DNA of 63,858 nt, filler included, from Octopus bimaculoides (Eukaryota), in assembly GCF_001194135.2 (NCBI RefSeq). It is 6 parts of 6 records of this genome, joined end to end, with 100 filler letters (N's around TTAATTAATTAA, not from the genome) between each part and the next. Parts side by side here need not be neighbours in the genome. Positions count along the whole stretch, not along the records: positions 42,885 to 55,729 come from NC_068981.1; positions 55,830 to 61,109 come from NC_068986.1; positions 61,210 to 62,622 come from NC_068982.1; positions 62,723 to 63,858 come from NC_068998.1; 2 more parts are not named here. The stretch is one strand, 5' to 3'. Positions 49,293 through 63,858 of this stretch are shown piece after piece. Position numbers and translations under genes: made by a program. Each line of letters opens with the position of its first letter. Position 1 is the stretch's first letter. Under the pieces are notes generated by a model. It searched no databases. It was not told the DNA's origin and saw only the letters and a program-made list of their open reading frames with translations.

Positions 49293-50387
49293 TACGTCCA
49301 TTTCATATACACGTTCATACATCTCTCACTTTTTCCTCTCTCAATTTAAAACAAAAGCAAATAAAGTAATTTTTTTACGGAAATTAACGAACAAAGCCAT
49401 CTGATCTGGATGACAGTTCTAATAATGAAAGTAACAGATCTGAGAGTGAAAGCGAAAGATCGCCCCAAGGGAATACCATTACATTACAAAAATGTTTTCG
49501 AGTGCATTCAACGTATTTGAGCTCCAAAATTTGGTTGCTATTCCTAACACGCCCTGCTACCATGTAACAGCTATTTGCGATAAAGTACACGAAATTCCTG
49601 TTACGTGGTACCAGAGAGTCCAAAAAATAGCAGCAAAATTTTTCCTTTTCGGGGAAAGAAGCCGTTAACACGTGATTTCGATGTCACTTTCGTTGAAAGC
49701 ATGTGAAATAATCTGGAAAAGAAAAAACAAACATGAAACAGAACTCCGTTGCTAGGAAACTCAGATTTTCCAGGAGACCTAACAGGCCGCTGGTAGTCGA
49801 GTATAAACTAATCAAAGGCAATAAAGTTCTTCACAGCTTGAACATGTGACATTCCTCTGAATTACAGTGAAACGATGAAGTATTTTCAAGAAATTTGGTT
49901 TTCATTAGAAAGCTGCTGGTTGCCAATTGGATTTCTTGACGAACATCCAGCAGAAAAATTGATATTTGATGCTCTCTTGCAGACTCCTATATATTATGCG
50001 TCGTGCACACGATTCATTCTGAAAAGTCAAGGCTATTGTCGTGGTAGCATTATTTTTTCAATACTCGCATCAGACAAATTATTTCTTTATATGACTGCGA
50101 AAGCATTATTGATGTCGCAGACACCAGCACAAATGAGATATAATTAGACTGCTGATTTCTATAAACAAGGGCAAGTACTTTCATTTGGTTCATTGATCTG
50201 GAGTCGCTTTCACTGAAATAAAACCAAAATAACGCAGTGTCTCAAATTCACCTTGTAAATGAATCACGTGCACTTCAAGCGCACATACAGTGAATGAAGA
50301 TAATATACGCTTAAGAAAAACAACAATAACAAACATTATAATCTGCTATAACGTGTTCGGAATGCATATATATATATATATATATAT

Positions 50388-51107
50388 AAGCTGACGTACC
50401 CGTAATTTACGGGAAAGCGGAGCTTATCCCTTGGTTCCGTTCTCATAATTGTTTTGCTAATCCAATTACAACCACACAAAGTATGTAGCCCTTAAAACGG
50501 TTTTTGTGCATTTACGGAGAATACCAAACTGTCTTATACAGGATCTTGCTTTTAGGAATTCCAAATAAGTTATGAATACCCAAATTGTGAAGTCAGTTAT
50601 GTAATAACACGAATTTAGTTACCCGATAGGAAGAATTCAAATAAAGTAGCCCCGAAAAGTTTTTTAATGCGTTCCCAGAATATATAGAACTTAGGAGGAA
50701 ATAATGTATGTATACTAAAATCGTGAAGTATGTTACGTAATAAAAGGCTAATGTTGTTCTCAGTGACTATTACCCTCAGAGGCGCTAGTGTTGGTATATT
50801 CGTGAATAAGTCACTAACCGAATGATTTAGGAAAATGAATGGGTTATTTCTATTGGCTGTTAAAATCTGGGCGAATGAGTTATTTCCCTTGGATTTTAAA
50901 ATGAAAAATATTAGATATATTTAAGGATCTCTTCCAGGGGCCCTATTATCGATATTTCTCAATAATATGAGTATGTCAAGAAGTTTCCAGACGTGAACTG
51001 TTCTCTCGTGTCAAGTTACATCAAAATCTATAAAACGATGTAGGAGGAGTTAGCTAACAACTCCACAAACACACCCACAGACAGAATTTTCCACTTATGT
51101 AGCAGAT
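50388..51107 (+). mobile_element. Non-autonomous Helentron/HINE-like element inserted in (TA)n
   Basis: Starts AGCTGACGTA with a perfect hairpin CCCGTA-ATT-TACGGG (50399-50413). Ends ...AAGTTACATCAAAATC...GGAGGAGTTAG...ACAGACAGAATTTT...AGAT. (TA)n on both flanks. Confidence 0.6.
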
Positions 51108-52198
51108 TATATATATATATGTGTGTGTGTGCGGGGGGGGCGTGTGTTATTGTTTCGTTTCTTAATATCTTGCATGTACCCATTCAATTACAAAAAGAAA
51201 TATATCTTAACAAATATATAATATTTTTTCTTTTGAGCAATACACACTAAAGAGAAAACAAATCGTGATACTCTTCGAAGTTATGTGTTAGGTTGTATAT
51301 GTGATGAGAATTATTTAAATATTTTTCATTCTGCGTGTTTACCTAATTGGCAGCTAAACTTAGTACTTAGTTAAATCTCTACAGCAACTAGTTATATATC
51401 AATGTAACTAATACAGTAGGGTATAATCTATGATAACTAATACAGCAGGAAAAGAGACAAAGGATTATTCCGTCCCTGCCAACTTTCTATAATAGTTAGA
51501 CTATTTCATCTATCTTCCGTTTCTATATAGCAGTAGAATCTCTTTTACTTTAGTGTTTAGTTCCAAGTCTTCGTAGTCAATGATTTAGTCAGCTTCCCCA
51601 AGTCACAAAATTTTATCGAACTTTTAAATCATGGGTCATTATGTCAAGAATGAAGAAACCTGTGAAGTATATCTACAGAAAAAGTAGTTTATTTCTGGAG
51701 ACATGTAATTATATTTGTTATAATCGTGAAATCAGTGCAGCAGACGACGATAACCCAGCACGACAAGATATCTTTGGGATCTAAGTCAGCTGCTGGCAGA
51801 TTAACTTAAAAATTGATATTTTGGGAGAAAAATAAAAAACAAAATAATATATAAATTTAGATGCATACGTTCTAATGCATACACAAGCACAAATTCGCGC
51901 GCTCACACATTTATGTACATACATATTTACCTATCTATATACACACCTATATATACACATATCTATACATACATGTATCTATCTATCTGTCTGTCTCTAT
52001 ATATACATAGATGTATATANNNNNNNNNNNNNNNNNNNNNNNNNNNNNNNNNNNNNNNNNNNNNNNNNNNNNNNNNNNNNNNNNNNNNNNNNNNNNNNNN
52101 NNNNNNNNNNNNNNNNNNNNNNNNNNNNNNNNNNNNNNNNNNNNNNNNNNNNNNNNNNNNNNNNNNNNNNNNNNNNNNNNNNNNNNNNNNNNNNNNNN

Positions 52199-52258
<60 letters not shown>

Positions 52259-52269
52259 TGTGTATGCGT

Positions 52270-52480
52270 GTGTCTTTGTGTTTGTGTTTGTTCCCCCATC
52301 ACCGGAGTTGGTGCGTTTACGTCTCCGTAACTTAGAGGCTCGGTAAAAGTGGCCGATAGAATAAGTACGAAACTTAACAAAAACGTCCTGGGGTCACTTT
52401 GTCCGATTTAGACCCTTCAAAACTGTGCTCCAGCATTGCTGCAATGAAATGGATGAAACAAGTTAAAGAATAAAAGAATG
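52270..52480 (+). mobile_element. tRNA-SINE 3' tail, diverged
   Basis: CCGATAGAATAAGTAC...GTCCTGGGGTC...GTGCTCCAGCAT...GAAACAAGT matches 29733-29890. Confidence 0.7.
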
Positions 52481-52899
52481 TGCGCGTGTGTGTGTATGTG
52501 TGATGTAAAAAGAATAAAGAGTTATTTTATGAACTTCAGTAGCTTACAGTTGTTTCTGCTATTAGATGCATTTGAATGTTTAACTTATACCCTATGGCTT
52601 CATTGGAGCTTCAACTGCTTGAGGTTCAACTATGAGTCCACTGTATCTTGTACCAGAAATAGTTCTGAGCTAATGTTATCTTATTTTCTTAATATCGTTT
52701 TGTACTCGACTGATGAGTCGTTCTGAAGTATTGTACCATGAGCTCTATACCAGGTTATTAGTATCACAATGCCCAATCGAAATATTAAAACGTGTGTGTA
52801 TATACACACACACATACACACACACACTGAGACACACACACATACACTAGCGATGCATCTCTGAGTTACCCGGGTTTTATAACCTACAGCTACATTGTG

Positions 52900-53470
52900 T
52901 TATTTGTTTCTTTCTTATGGGTAGAATCGACACACTAGGAGTGTGAAGCAAACAACGCTTCTCTATAAACACGTTTTACGGTCATTTTGTGATGACCACT
53001 GCTGAAATTCATTATTTCCATTGAATGGGGTTCCTGAGACTCAGCAGATCGGGATGCTGAAGTTTACGTCTGTTTCGTTGTAAATATGTGGAATGTGCTT
53101 CTTGAGACTCAGCTGCTGTGGTTGCAGCAGTTCTACGTCCGTTTTGAAGAAGACGTGCGGAATGTGTTTCCTGAGACTCAGCTGTTCGCATTGCTACTGT
53201 AGTGCATCGATTACGAAGAAGATGCACTTGGAGGTCTATCTCAAACATGGATGCCCTTGTTGCTGTTATTCTACACCTGGCTTCTGAAAGTCGTTCCAAC
53301 CTTTCAGTATGAGACGCTGACGCCCACATTGCTGCAGCTGTTTGTCTATTAGAAAGTAGGCGCTATTCATGTTGAAGTGAGTTTTCTTCAGCACGAATAG
53401 AAGAAGTTTTCTTTGAGGCACTTGTTTGTGGAGATAAATTAGAATGTCTTCGTTTCGGTGTTATGGCAGA
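52900..53470 (-). mobile_element. Helitron ORF N-terminal region (charged repeat segment), degraded
   Basis: PKRRHSNLSPQTSASKK followed by the repeated units TAESQETHSARLLQNGRR / AAESQEAHSTYLQRNRR, typical of metazoan Helitron RepHel N-termini. Confidence 0.55.
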
Positions 53471-55337
53471 AAAGAGCGAACAGTTAAGGAACATATAAGA
53501 TGGACGATATTGCAATTTGAATTCAAAGTTGTGCATTTCTTAGAAACGAATGAAGAGATGTGGAAAAATTCCTATGGCAATTTGAATGCCATTATTATGA
53601 GAAGAAGCGGTAAACTCTCAATGACTTGGCTATGTTCTGTGTTGATAAGCGTAATGTATTCTGTTAGCTGATATATAGTGGAGTGGATTACTGGCGTAAT
53701 AGAAATTATTGTTTGTCTAGAAGTAAAGGCGGGAGGGTACAATTTGCATGAAAGTGATTTATGTTCTTAATAAGGATCACAAATTATGTACTGTTTCATC
53801 GAATAAAAAGGGGTTAATATCATTTTGACCAGAAATCACGCTTTCATAATTATAATTTCTCCCCTCCTCACCGAAATTTCTTAATTTTTAACTGTTTTTC
53901 GAATTTGGTTTATTATCCACGTAGAAAAATAGAGATTACGGATCTGGGAAATGTAATTTGTTTTTGAAAGTTTAATTTTTCTGAAAGAAATACTGAATGT
54001 CTCTTCCGCTTCCTAGGTCATCCATCAGCTACCCGTTTGGGGCGAAATCAAATCTCTTGTATGGAAAACATAAGAATGTGAGTAAATTGAGGAAAGAAAT
54101 GTCATCTCGGACATTCTAGAAACAACAGGTAGATCAGGTTTTGAAATACGCTTATCGCGAACAGGAATGACAGAATGAGAAAAAGTAATTTCCATAGGCT
54201 TTGAGATGTAATTTAGCGCACAGCAAGAAATAACATGCAGAACTTTAACTGAGTGTGTCTGTGTGTGTGTGTACCAAAGGAAGTTATTTTTGCATAGCTT
54301 TCTGAATTCCAATTAATTAGTGGAAGTTGTGACTTGTTGACAGCATAAGGGCTCCGTACAGTACAATGAGAAATTGAAAGAGAGTGATAATGCCTAATTC
54401 CCCCCTTCTCTTCCGCTTTCTTCCCGTCTTTGTGTCGGCTTTCTTTCACCTTCACCCATAGAAAATATAGTATCAACTTAGTGTCGGATTTGTTTCACTT
54501 TTAACTATAGAACGTACATAGGGTATGAAACATCTGCATGTTTCTCACCCGCTATCCGTCTTTCAACTTCTCCTATAGAAACTCGTTTTCTGTTTCTTGT
54601 CTCTTAGTCTTTTTCTCATTCTGCGCTTCTCTCGGTGATCACGTAAAAATTTATTTCTTTATGCTTTGAAGAGAGCAGAAATTGAAAGAAAAGAGAAAGC
54701 GAAAAGGGGAGAGCGGAGGAAGTAAAACATGTATGTACGAGTATAAGAAACAGACGTGTGTGTGTGTGTGCGTGTGTGTGTGTTTGGATGCGCGTATGCG
54801 CGTGTGGGGGAGAGGGAGAGGGAGAGAGAGTGAATGAAAGTGTGTGCGTCCTGATGATGGATGTCTTTTAAGGTACACACTCATACAGAAAATGTGACGT
54901 CATCGTCGTCGTATTGAATGTTTACAATAGTTGACTTATGGAAGAGATTACAATCTAAAATTTTTGCAATTCAAATATGTCAATGAATATAAAGTTTAGT
55001 TGGTAGTAGAAATAGTACTGAATCTTTTGATACTCCATACGTGAAAATCGGCAACTCGGTTTCGGAATGCATACGGAACATATGCACGCACACACTATCT
55101 TTTTTATAGTTATAGATAAAGTTCAGAGATCGAGGTGTGGGAAGAAAGTTAGTTTCAAGCAATCTGTAGTTGCTTGAAATTTGAAGAGTAACTTTCATTG
55201 ATACTAGAAGTTATTTGAGACGGTAGGTTGCGGATTATTTTTCGTATCAGAGTACGATAAATTCAAAAAAGTTCTTTTTATATTTCACGGTAGGTAACCA
55301 GGGATGCCGGGTGTGCGAATAAGATTACATGAGTTAA

Positions 55338-55642
55338 GGAATGGACTAGATAAGATCCGGGGTACATATGTTTCATTGCCAGCGGAATCTCAGAAGTGGT
55401 AAATATCTTCACTATGTTATCATGTACCTCCTTGTGAATCTTCCATGTGTTAACATGTACCTCCTTGTGAATCTTCCATGTGTTAACATGTACCTCCTTG
55501 CTACAGGGTAAATTTCCATTTAACCAAGGTATCCTTCGCCTGAAAAGTAACTTGCGGTATACACCTCGCTTGGATATTTACCACTTCTGAGATTCCTCTC
55601 GCCATGAAACATTTCTAGCCTGAATCTTATCTACTCCATTCC
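55338..55642. mobile_element. MITE with ~70-bp terminal inverted repeats and TTAA flanks (Kolobok-like termini)
   Basis: TTAA|GGAATGG...GAATCTCAGAAGTGGTAAATATC pairs with GATATTTACCACTTCTGAGATTC...CCATTCC|TTAA. Internal 33-bp tandem repeat. A related end lies at 19928-20050. Confidence 0.7.
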
Positions 55643-55829
55643 TTAAGTCTGAGTTTCTTAATACTTTGCATGTACCACGCCCTCGCGTTGTTGTTTTTGT
55701 CTTGTCTTCTTTCCCCATTATATATATATNNNNNNNNNNNNNNNNNNNNNNNNNNNNNNNNNNNNNNNNNNNNTTAATTAATTAANNNNNNNNNNNNNNN
55801 NNNNNNNNNNNNNNNNNNNNNNNNNNNNN

Positions 55830-55895
<66 letters not shown>

Positions 55896-56189
55896 GTCCT
55901 ATGCAATCTCAGACGGGGAGATTATGTAATTTTGATTCTGTTTCTCCGTAACAATGTTCATTGCATTGTAACCATGTGAAACAGTACTTGATTTTTTTTG
56001 TTCTGCAATTCATGTTAGTATTAACATTCGATTCCTTCCCATTCTTGTCTCTTGGATTTTTCCCTTCCGAATTATTTGATACGTGACACAACGAGGGTCT
56101 TCATAGTTGTTACCTGCATTATTCTTGTTCCAATGCGAATTTTGCCTTTGTAGGTATGTTTTGAGATTTAAATGTTACTGAGAACTATA

Positions 56190-58800
<2,611 letters not shown>

Positions 58801-60655
58801 AGTATTTATGTATTTGCATTGGGAGCCCTTTGCATCGAAGATCGGTGATTGTCGTACGCTAACGAAGGGTAAATACCAAGAAGCTCGAGTCCGTGCGTAT
58901 CACGTCAGATCGATGATGGGAAGGATGACTTCCCTTTGCAAATAACGACAGGGCACAGAAAGTGTGTCAATAGCCAGCTGGAGGAGATGTTCTCCTGGGT
59001 CTAAAAGCAAGAGTAGCATTCAGCCTTAGGGTCTAGCCNNNNNNNNNNNNNNNNNNNNNNNNNNNNNNNNNNNNNNNNNNNNNNNNNNNNNNNNNNNNNN
59101 NNNNNNNNNNNNNNNNNNNNNNNNNNNNNNNNNNNNNNNNNNNNNNNNNNNNNNNNNNNNNNNNNNNNNNNNNNNNNNNNNNNNNNNNNNNNNNNNNNNN
59201 NNNNNNNNNNNNNNNNNNNNNNNNNNNNNNNNNNNNNNNNNNNNNNNNNNNNNNNNNNNNNNNNNNNNNNNNNNNNNNNNNNNNNNNNNNNNNNNNNNNN
59301 NNNNNNNNNNNNNNNNNNNNNNNNNNNNNNNNNNNNNNNNNNNNNNNNNNNNNNNNNNNNNNNNNNNNNNNNNNNNNNNNNNNNNNNNNNNNNNNNNNNN
59401 NNNNNNNNNNNNNNNNNNNNNNNNNNNNNNNNNNNNNNNNNNNNNNNNNNNNNNNNNNNNNNNNNNNNNNNNNNNNNNNNNNNNNNNNNNNNNNNNNNNN
59501 NNNNNNNNNNNNNNNNNNNNNNNNNNNNNNNNNNNNNNNNNNNNNNNNNNNNNNNNNNNNNNNNNNNNNNNNNNNNNNNNNNNNNNNNNNNNNNNNNNNN
59601 NNNNNNNNNNNNNNNNNNNNNNNNNNNNNNNNNTGGAAATAACAAACAGCTCTGCTTGACATTCACACTGAAGGCTCGAATACGAACATTTCAGACTGCT
59701 TGGGTATAAATCTGAGCAGAGTACAGACGGTTCGAAAAGAGTTGGATGAGTCTAATGGTGATTATGAAGGTAGGGCAGCTCGGAAATCTCACTCTAATCG
59801 ATCTGCTGAGAAAAGAACTCCTGAATTTGTTGGTGAGATCCAAGCCATGATTGACAACGGTCCCTCCAAAACAATCTTTCGCCTGGGAGATAGGAGTGTC
59901 TGCGTTTCTTATCAGGCAGGTTGTGCAGGAAGACATTCGGTATTCCTCATACAAGAAGAGAAGGAGCCAATTTTTATCCCAAGCCATCAAGATAAAGAGG
60001 AAAGACCATGCTACGAAGCTTTTGAACAACCTCGAGAATCCTCTCCGACAAAACATGCTGTGATTCTTCTCAGACGAGAAACGTTTCTGCCAGTATCAGA
60101 TACCGTAGCCTCAAAACATGAACCGAGATTGATAAAAATCAATCAGACAATATCATAGTGTTTGGAGTGATCACTAGTGATCACTAGTGATATCAACATT
60201 CATCTTCCCACACTGCGTCTGATTCAGTACGGAGGCATACGTCAAGTGTCTAAAAGAGACAGTGCTGCCCTGCGTCAAGAGGGTGGTTGCAACTATGTCA
60301 GGCAACAGGAATCTGCACCATGCCAAACAAGCAGGAGAAGACTCACGGCTGCCAGTCAATTTCTGCGACCACCTCATCCCTAACATCTGGATAACTAACT
60401 CCCCAGACTGCAACCTCTTTCGTTATTATGCGTGGGGCGTAGTTGAGCAAGAGACCAACAAAACTCCTTATTGCACCAAAGATGAACTGAAGGCAAGGAT
60501 TTTGGTAGCCTTCACTAGCTTAAACAATGAGATCATCTAGAAGAGTTGCAGCAGATTCCTAAGTCATCTGGAGTTCGTGGTTGAGTGCAATGGCAATTTT
60601 ACTGAATAAATTTACCCTTTTAAGATTCGGAGATATTCTTATATAATTTTGATAA

Positions 60656-60935
60656 TAAAGTTCTATATTTAAGAAATGAGAAATTATGTACATTATTTAC
60701 ATATGGCGTAGTGGTTAAGAGCGCGGGGTACTAACTCCAAGATTCCAAGTTCGATTCCAGGCTGTGACCTTAATAATAATAATAATAATAATGACAACAT
60801 CGAAAAATACCTTAGGAATGATAACTCAGGTTCGAACTTTCCCCGAGACATCTGATGAAGGCTGGAGGGTATATCAGCTGAAACGTTGTGTTAATAACAA
60901 ACAAGATGTGGACAAATATCCGTCAAATGTAAATA
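60656..60935 (+). mobile_element. Short retroelement: tRNA-like Pol III head, (AAT)n and hammerhead-ribozyme motif, with a 15-bp TSD
   Basis: Identical ATATAATTTTGATAA at 60641-60655 and 60936-60950. A-box TGGCGTAGTGG (60704-60714), B-box GTTCGATTCC (60749-60758), hammerhead core at 60847-60892. Confidence 0.8.
60847..60892 (+). ncRNA. Minimal type-I hammerhead ribozyme motif
   Basis: Stem I GACAU/GUGUU; core CUGAUGA(A); stem II GGCUG/CAGCU; GAAA; palindromic ACGU stem III; GUU cleavage triplet (60885-60887). Confidence 0.6.
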
Positions 60936-61063
60936 ATATAATTTTGATAAACATAACAGTTAAAATGGGATGTCCGTGATATTTTCATTTTTTCATAATT
61001 TAGACGACAATTTATTAACCGCACACTGCATATACGTACAAACACACACATATATACACACAC

Positions 61064-61102
<39 letters not shown>

Positions 61103-61209
61103 CACACACNNNNNNNNNNNNNNNNNNNNNNNNNNNNNNNNNNNNNNNNNNNNTTAATTAATTAANNNNNNNNNNNNNNNNNNNNNNNNNNNNNNNNNNN
61201 NNNNNNNNN

Positions 61210-61256
<47 letters not shown>

Positions 61257-61479
61257 GTATATATATATGTATGTGTGTGTATGTTTTATTGTGATGTTCT
61301 GTTTCAGTTTGCACAATAACAGAGGGCAACAAGTGTTGAAAATGTACTTCTAAAAGGGTTCATTGCAAAATTAGGAACACACACACTAACGCACACAACA
61401 TACATACACACGCACACATATATACATACATTCACACACACACATAAGCTGACATGCATGTAACTTGTACATGTCTTAT

Positions 61480-61518
<39 letters not shown>

Positions 61519-62054
61519 NNNNNNNNNNNNNNNNNNNNNNNNNNNNNNNNNNNNNNNNNNNNNNNNNNNNNNNNNNNNNNNNNNNNNNNNNNNNNNNNNN
61601 NNNNNNNNNNNNNNNNNNNNNNNNNNNNNNNNNNNNNNNNNNNNNNNNNNNNNNNNNNNNNNNNNNNNNNNNNNNNNNNNNNNNNNNNNNNNNNNNNNNN
61701 NNNNNNNNNNNNNNNNNNNNNNNNNNNNNNNNNNNNNNNNNNNNNNNNNNNNNNNNNNNNNNNNNNNNNNNNNCTGTGTGTATGTATGTATGTATGTATG
61801 TGTGTGTATGTATGTATGTATGTATGTATGTATTATGTATGTATGTATGTATGTACGTATGTATGTATATATGTATGTATGTATATACGTGTGTGTATGT
61901 ATATATGTATTTATGCATGTATCTACGTTTGTATACATGCATGTTTGTACCTACGTTTGTATGCATGCCTGTTTGTCTATATGCATATTTATGTATAATA
62001 TACAAAGGAATTACACACGCACACACACACACATACACACACGCACACACAGAA

Positions 62055-62087
<33 letters not shown>

Positions 62088-62149
62088 CTCATGCATTGCT
62101 AATATTTATGATTCAATAATATAAATAGCAATACTGTCAATAAAAATAT

Positions 62150-62620
62150 TAATATTGTAGTAGTAGTAGCAGCAGCGGTAATAGTAGTAGTGGTAGTGGT
62201 AGTAGTTATTTTCGTGATGGTGGTGGCGGTGGCTTATCCAACGTTGTAATGACGACGACGACGACAACTATGATGATGATGATTATGATGATGATGCTGA
62301 TGATGATGATGGTGATGATGATGATGATGACGACGATGATGATGATTTGTAGACATAAAATAATGATTTCAATGTCCCCCACCGTAAAAAATTTTAACAA
62401 AGAAAATCAGAAAGCATATTATTACTGAATATTAATGGTGATGCTATGTACACCGCCGTCACAGACGGCGTCCACCACTACTACCACCGATACAACCACC
62501 AGCAGCACCACCACCACCACCATCATCACCACTACCACTATTATTACCATCACCGTTCGCACCGCCGCCGCTGCCTCCACCACCACCACCACTACCACCA
62601 CCACCGCCACTATTATCACA
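62150..62620. repeat. Mosaic trinucleotide repeats: (GTA/GGT/GAT)n block followed by (CAC/CAT/TAC)n block
   Basis: Direct reading. Confidence 0.9.
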
Positions 62621-62722
62621 ACNNNNNNNNNNNNNNNNNNNNNNNNNNNNNNNNNNNNNNNNNNNNTTAATTAATTAANNNNNNNNNNNNNNNNNNNNNN
62701 NNNNNNNNNNNNNNNNNNNNNN

Positions 62723-63680
62723 TGACCCTCAGACATCAGTGTGCCGAACGACGTCGTCGGGTGAAGTCGTACTGCTACGAGGTGCGTCTTTGTTTTGCAG
62801 TGCTTCATCTCTGTTCGTCGATTTATGCGATGGCTGAAAAGAAGGAACGACGTACTTCCGTCACATTCTGTTTTCTGCCGAGGAAAATGGCGGTCGAAAC
62901 TGTTGTCATGCCTCAAACAGCTTACAAGAATGCTGCCATGAGCAAAACACAAGTTTACGAGTGGTATTTCACGCTTTCGGAATGATCACATGTAGCTTGA
63001 AGACCAATCTTGTTCAGGGCGCCCTTGTACCTCATGAACAAATGAAAATATGAAAATTCATGAACTGATTTTGGAGGACCATTGCCGAACAATTGAGGAA
63101 CTTGTTGGTATGGATGGTGTGTCATGAAGCTCCTGCAAATGAATTTTGAGCGAGGAATTGCGAATGAAAAGAGTTGCAGCAGAAATTGTGCCTCGCTTGC
63201 TCACGGAAGGTGAAAAACCGTTACGACGGAATGCGTGTCGTGAACTGAAGGAACAGTTGGGGTTTGATCTGGAACTTTTTTTTCGAAGGTCATCAGTGGT
63301 GACGAAAGCTGGTACTACGGCTACGACCCGGAAACGAAGCAGCCATCAGGTCAATGGAAGCATTCGATGTCACCACGCGCCCCCTATAAAAGCGCGCCAA
63401 TGTCAAGACGATGCTGCTTTGTTTTATCAATGCGAAAGGAATTGTCCACACAGAATGTGTCCTCCCTGGTCAAACTCTTAACCACACATTTTACTTGGCA
63501 GTTGAAGCGTTTGCGAGACGCGGTGAGACGAAAACACGTGGGGCAGTGGCAAAGTGGAGAGTGGTGGGTTTACCATGACAATGTGCCTGCACACTCTGCC
63601 GTGAGTGTGAGACAGCTTTTAACCAAATATGGCATGATCCCGCTTACCCACCCTCCCCATTCACCCGATCTTACTCCCTA
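62723..63680 (+). mobile_element. Mariner transposase pseudogene
   Basis: MAEKKERRTSVTFCF...AMSKTQVYEWY, DESWYYGYDPETK and WWVYHDNVPAHSA...THPPHSPDLTP, with stops and frameshifts. Confidence 0.9.
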
Positions 63681-63815
63681 TCTAGCTGTTTGTCTAGCTA
63701 GTTGTCTAACTAGCTACCTAACTGTCTGTCCGTCTTTTTAGCTATCTGTTTGTCTAGCTGTCTCTCTGTCTTTCACACACACACACACTCTCTCTCTCAC
63801 ATACAGTTTCTCTCA

Positions 63816-63858
<43 letters not shown>

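Larger units (their letters stand above)
59634..61030 (+). mobile_element. Tc1/mariner (maT/DD37D-like) transposon pseudogene, interrupted near its 3' end
   Basis: EKRTPEFVGEIQAMIDNGPSK, QEDIRYSSYK, QQESAPCQ and WITNSPDCNLFRYYAWGVVEQETNK...KDELKARI, with frameshifts. Right TIR AATTTATTAACCGCACACTG near 61009-61028; the left end is lost in the N-gap. Confidence 0.85.

Noticed and set aside
49384-50147. Two ~90-aa ORFs of ordinary composition
   Set aside because: No recognisable domain or convincing splice context; their length is compatible with chance or TE decay.
52705-52730. CTGATGAG motif
   Set aside because: Part of a local CGACT-GATG-AGTCG palindrome with no GAAA core; not a hammerhead.
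60704-60770. Functional tRNA gene
   Set aside because: Has A- and B-boxes but no acceptor-stem pairing, and it is embedded in a TSD-bounded element; it is a SINE head.
62435-62674. Thr-rich mucin-like or poly-His ORFs
   Set aside because: Produced by (CAC/CAT)n triplet repeats running into an N gap.

Overview
AT-rich eukaryotic genomic DNA with many N-gaps and microsatellites. The SINE families and repeat landscape look like an octopus (coleoid cephalopod) assembly; this is an inference. One protein-coding gene is well supported: a + strand SLC6 (neurotransmitter:sodium symporter) Na+/Cl- amino-acid transporter with 14 phase-consistent coding exons from 19316 to the stop at 40511 (621 aa). 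It has two competing phase-0 first-exon candidates: 12268-12306 (13 aa, with TATA/Inr-like elements) and 18598-18915 (106 aa). The protein has a glycine-transporter-like scaffold, but Phe replaces the GlyT Trp in TM6, Arg replaces a conserved Asp, and the glycosylated EL2 is extended with an extra Cys pair. The rest is transposon debris: tRNA-SINEs, mariner/maT, Helitron and Helentron-type elements, an L1/Tx1-like LINE, Penelope fragments, a tandem cluster of (AAT)n-associated R4/Dong-like elements and a TTAA-bounded MITE. The most unusual object is a ~280-bp insertion at 60656-60935 with a 15-bp target-site duplication. It combines a tRNA-type Pol III head with a minimal hammerhead-ribozyme motif and sits inside a maT transposon.
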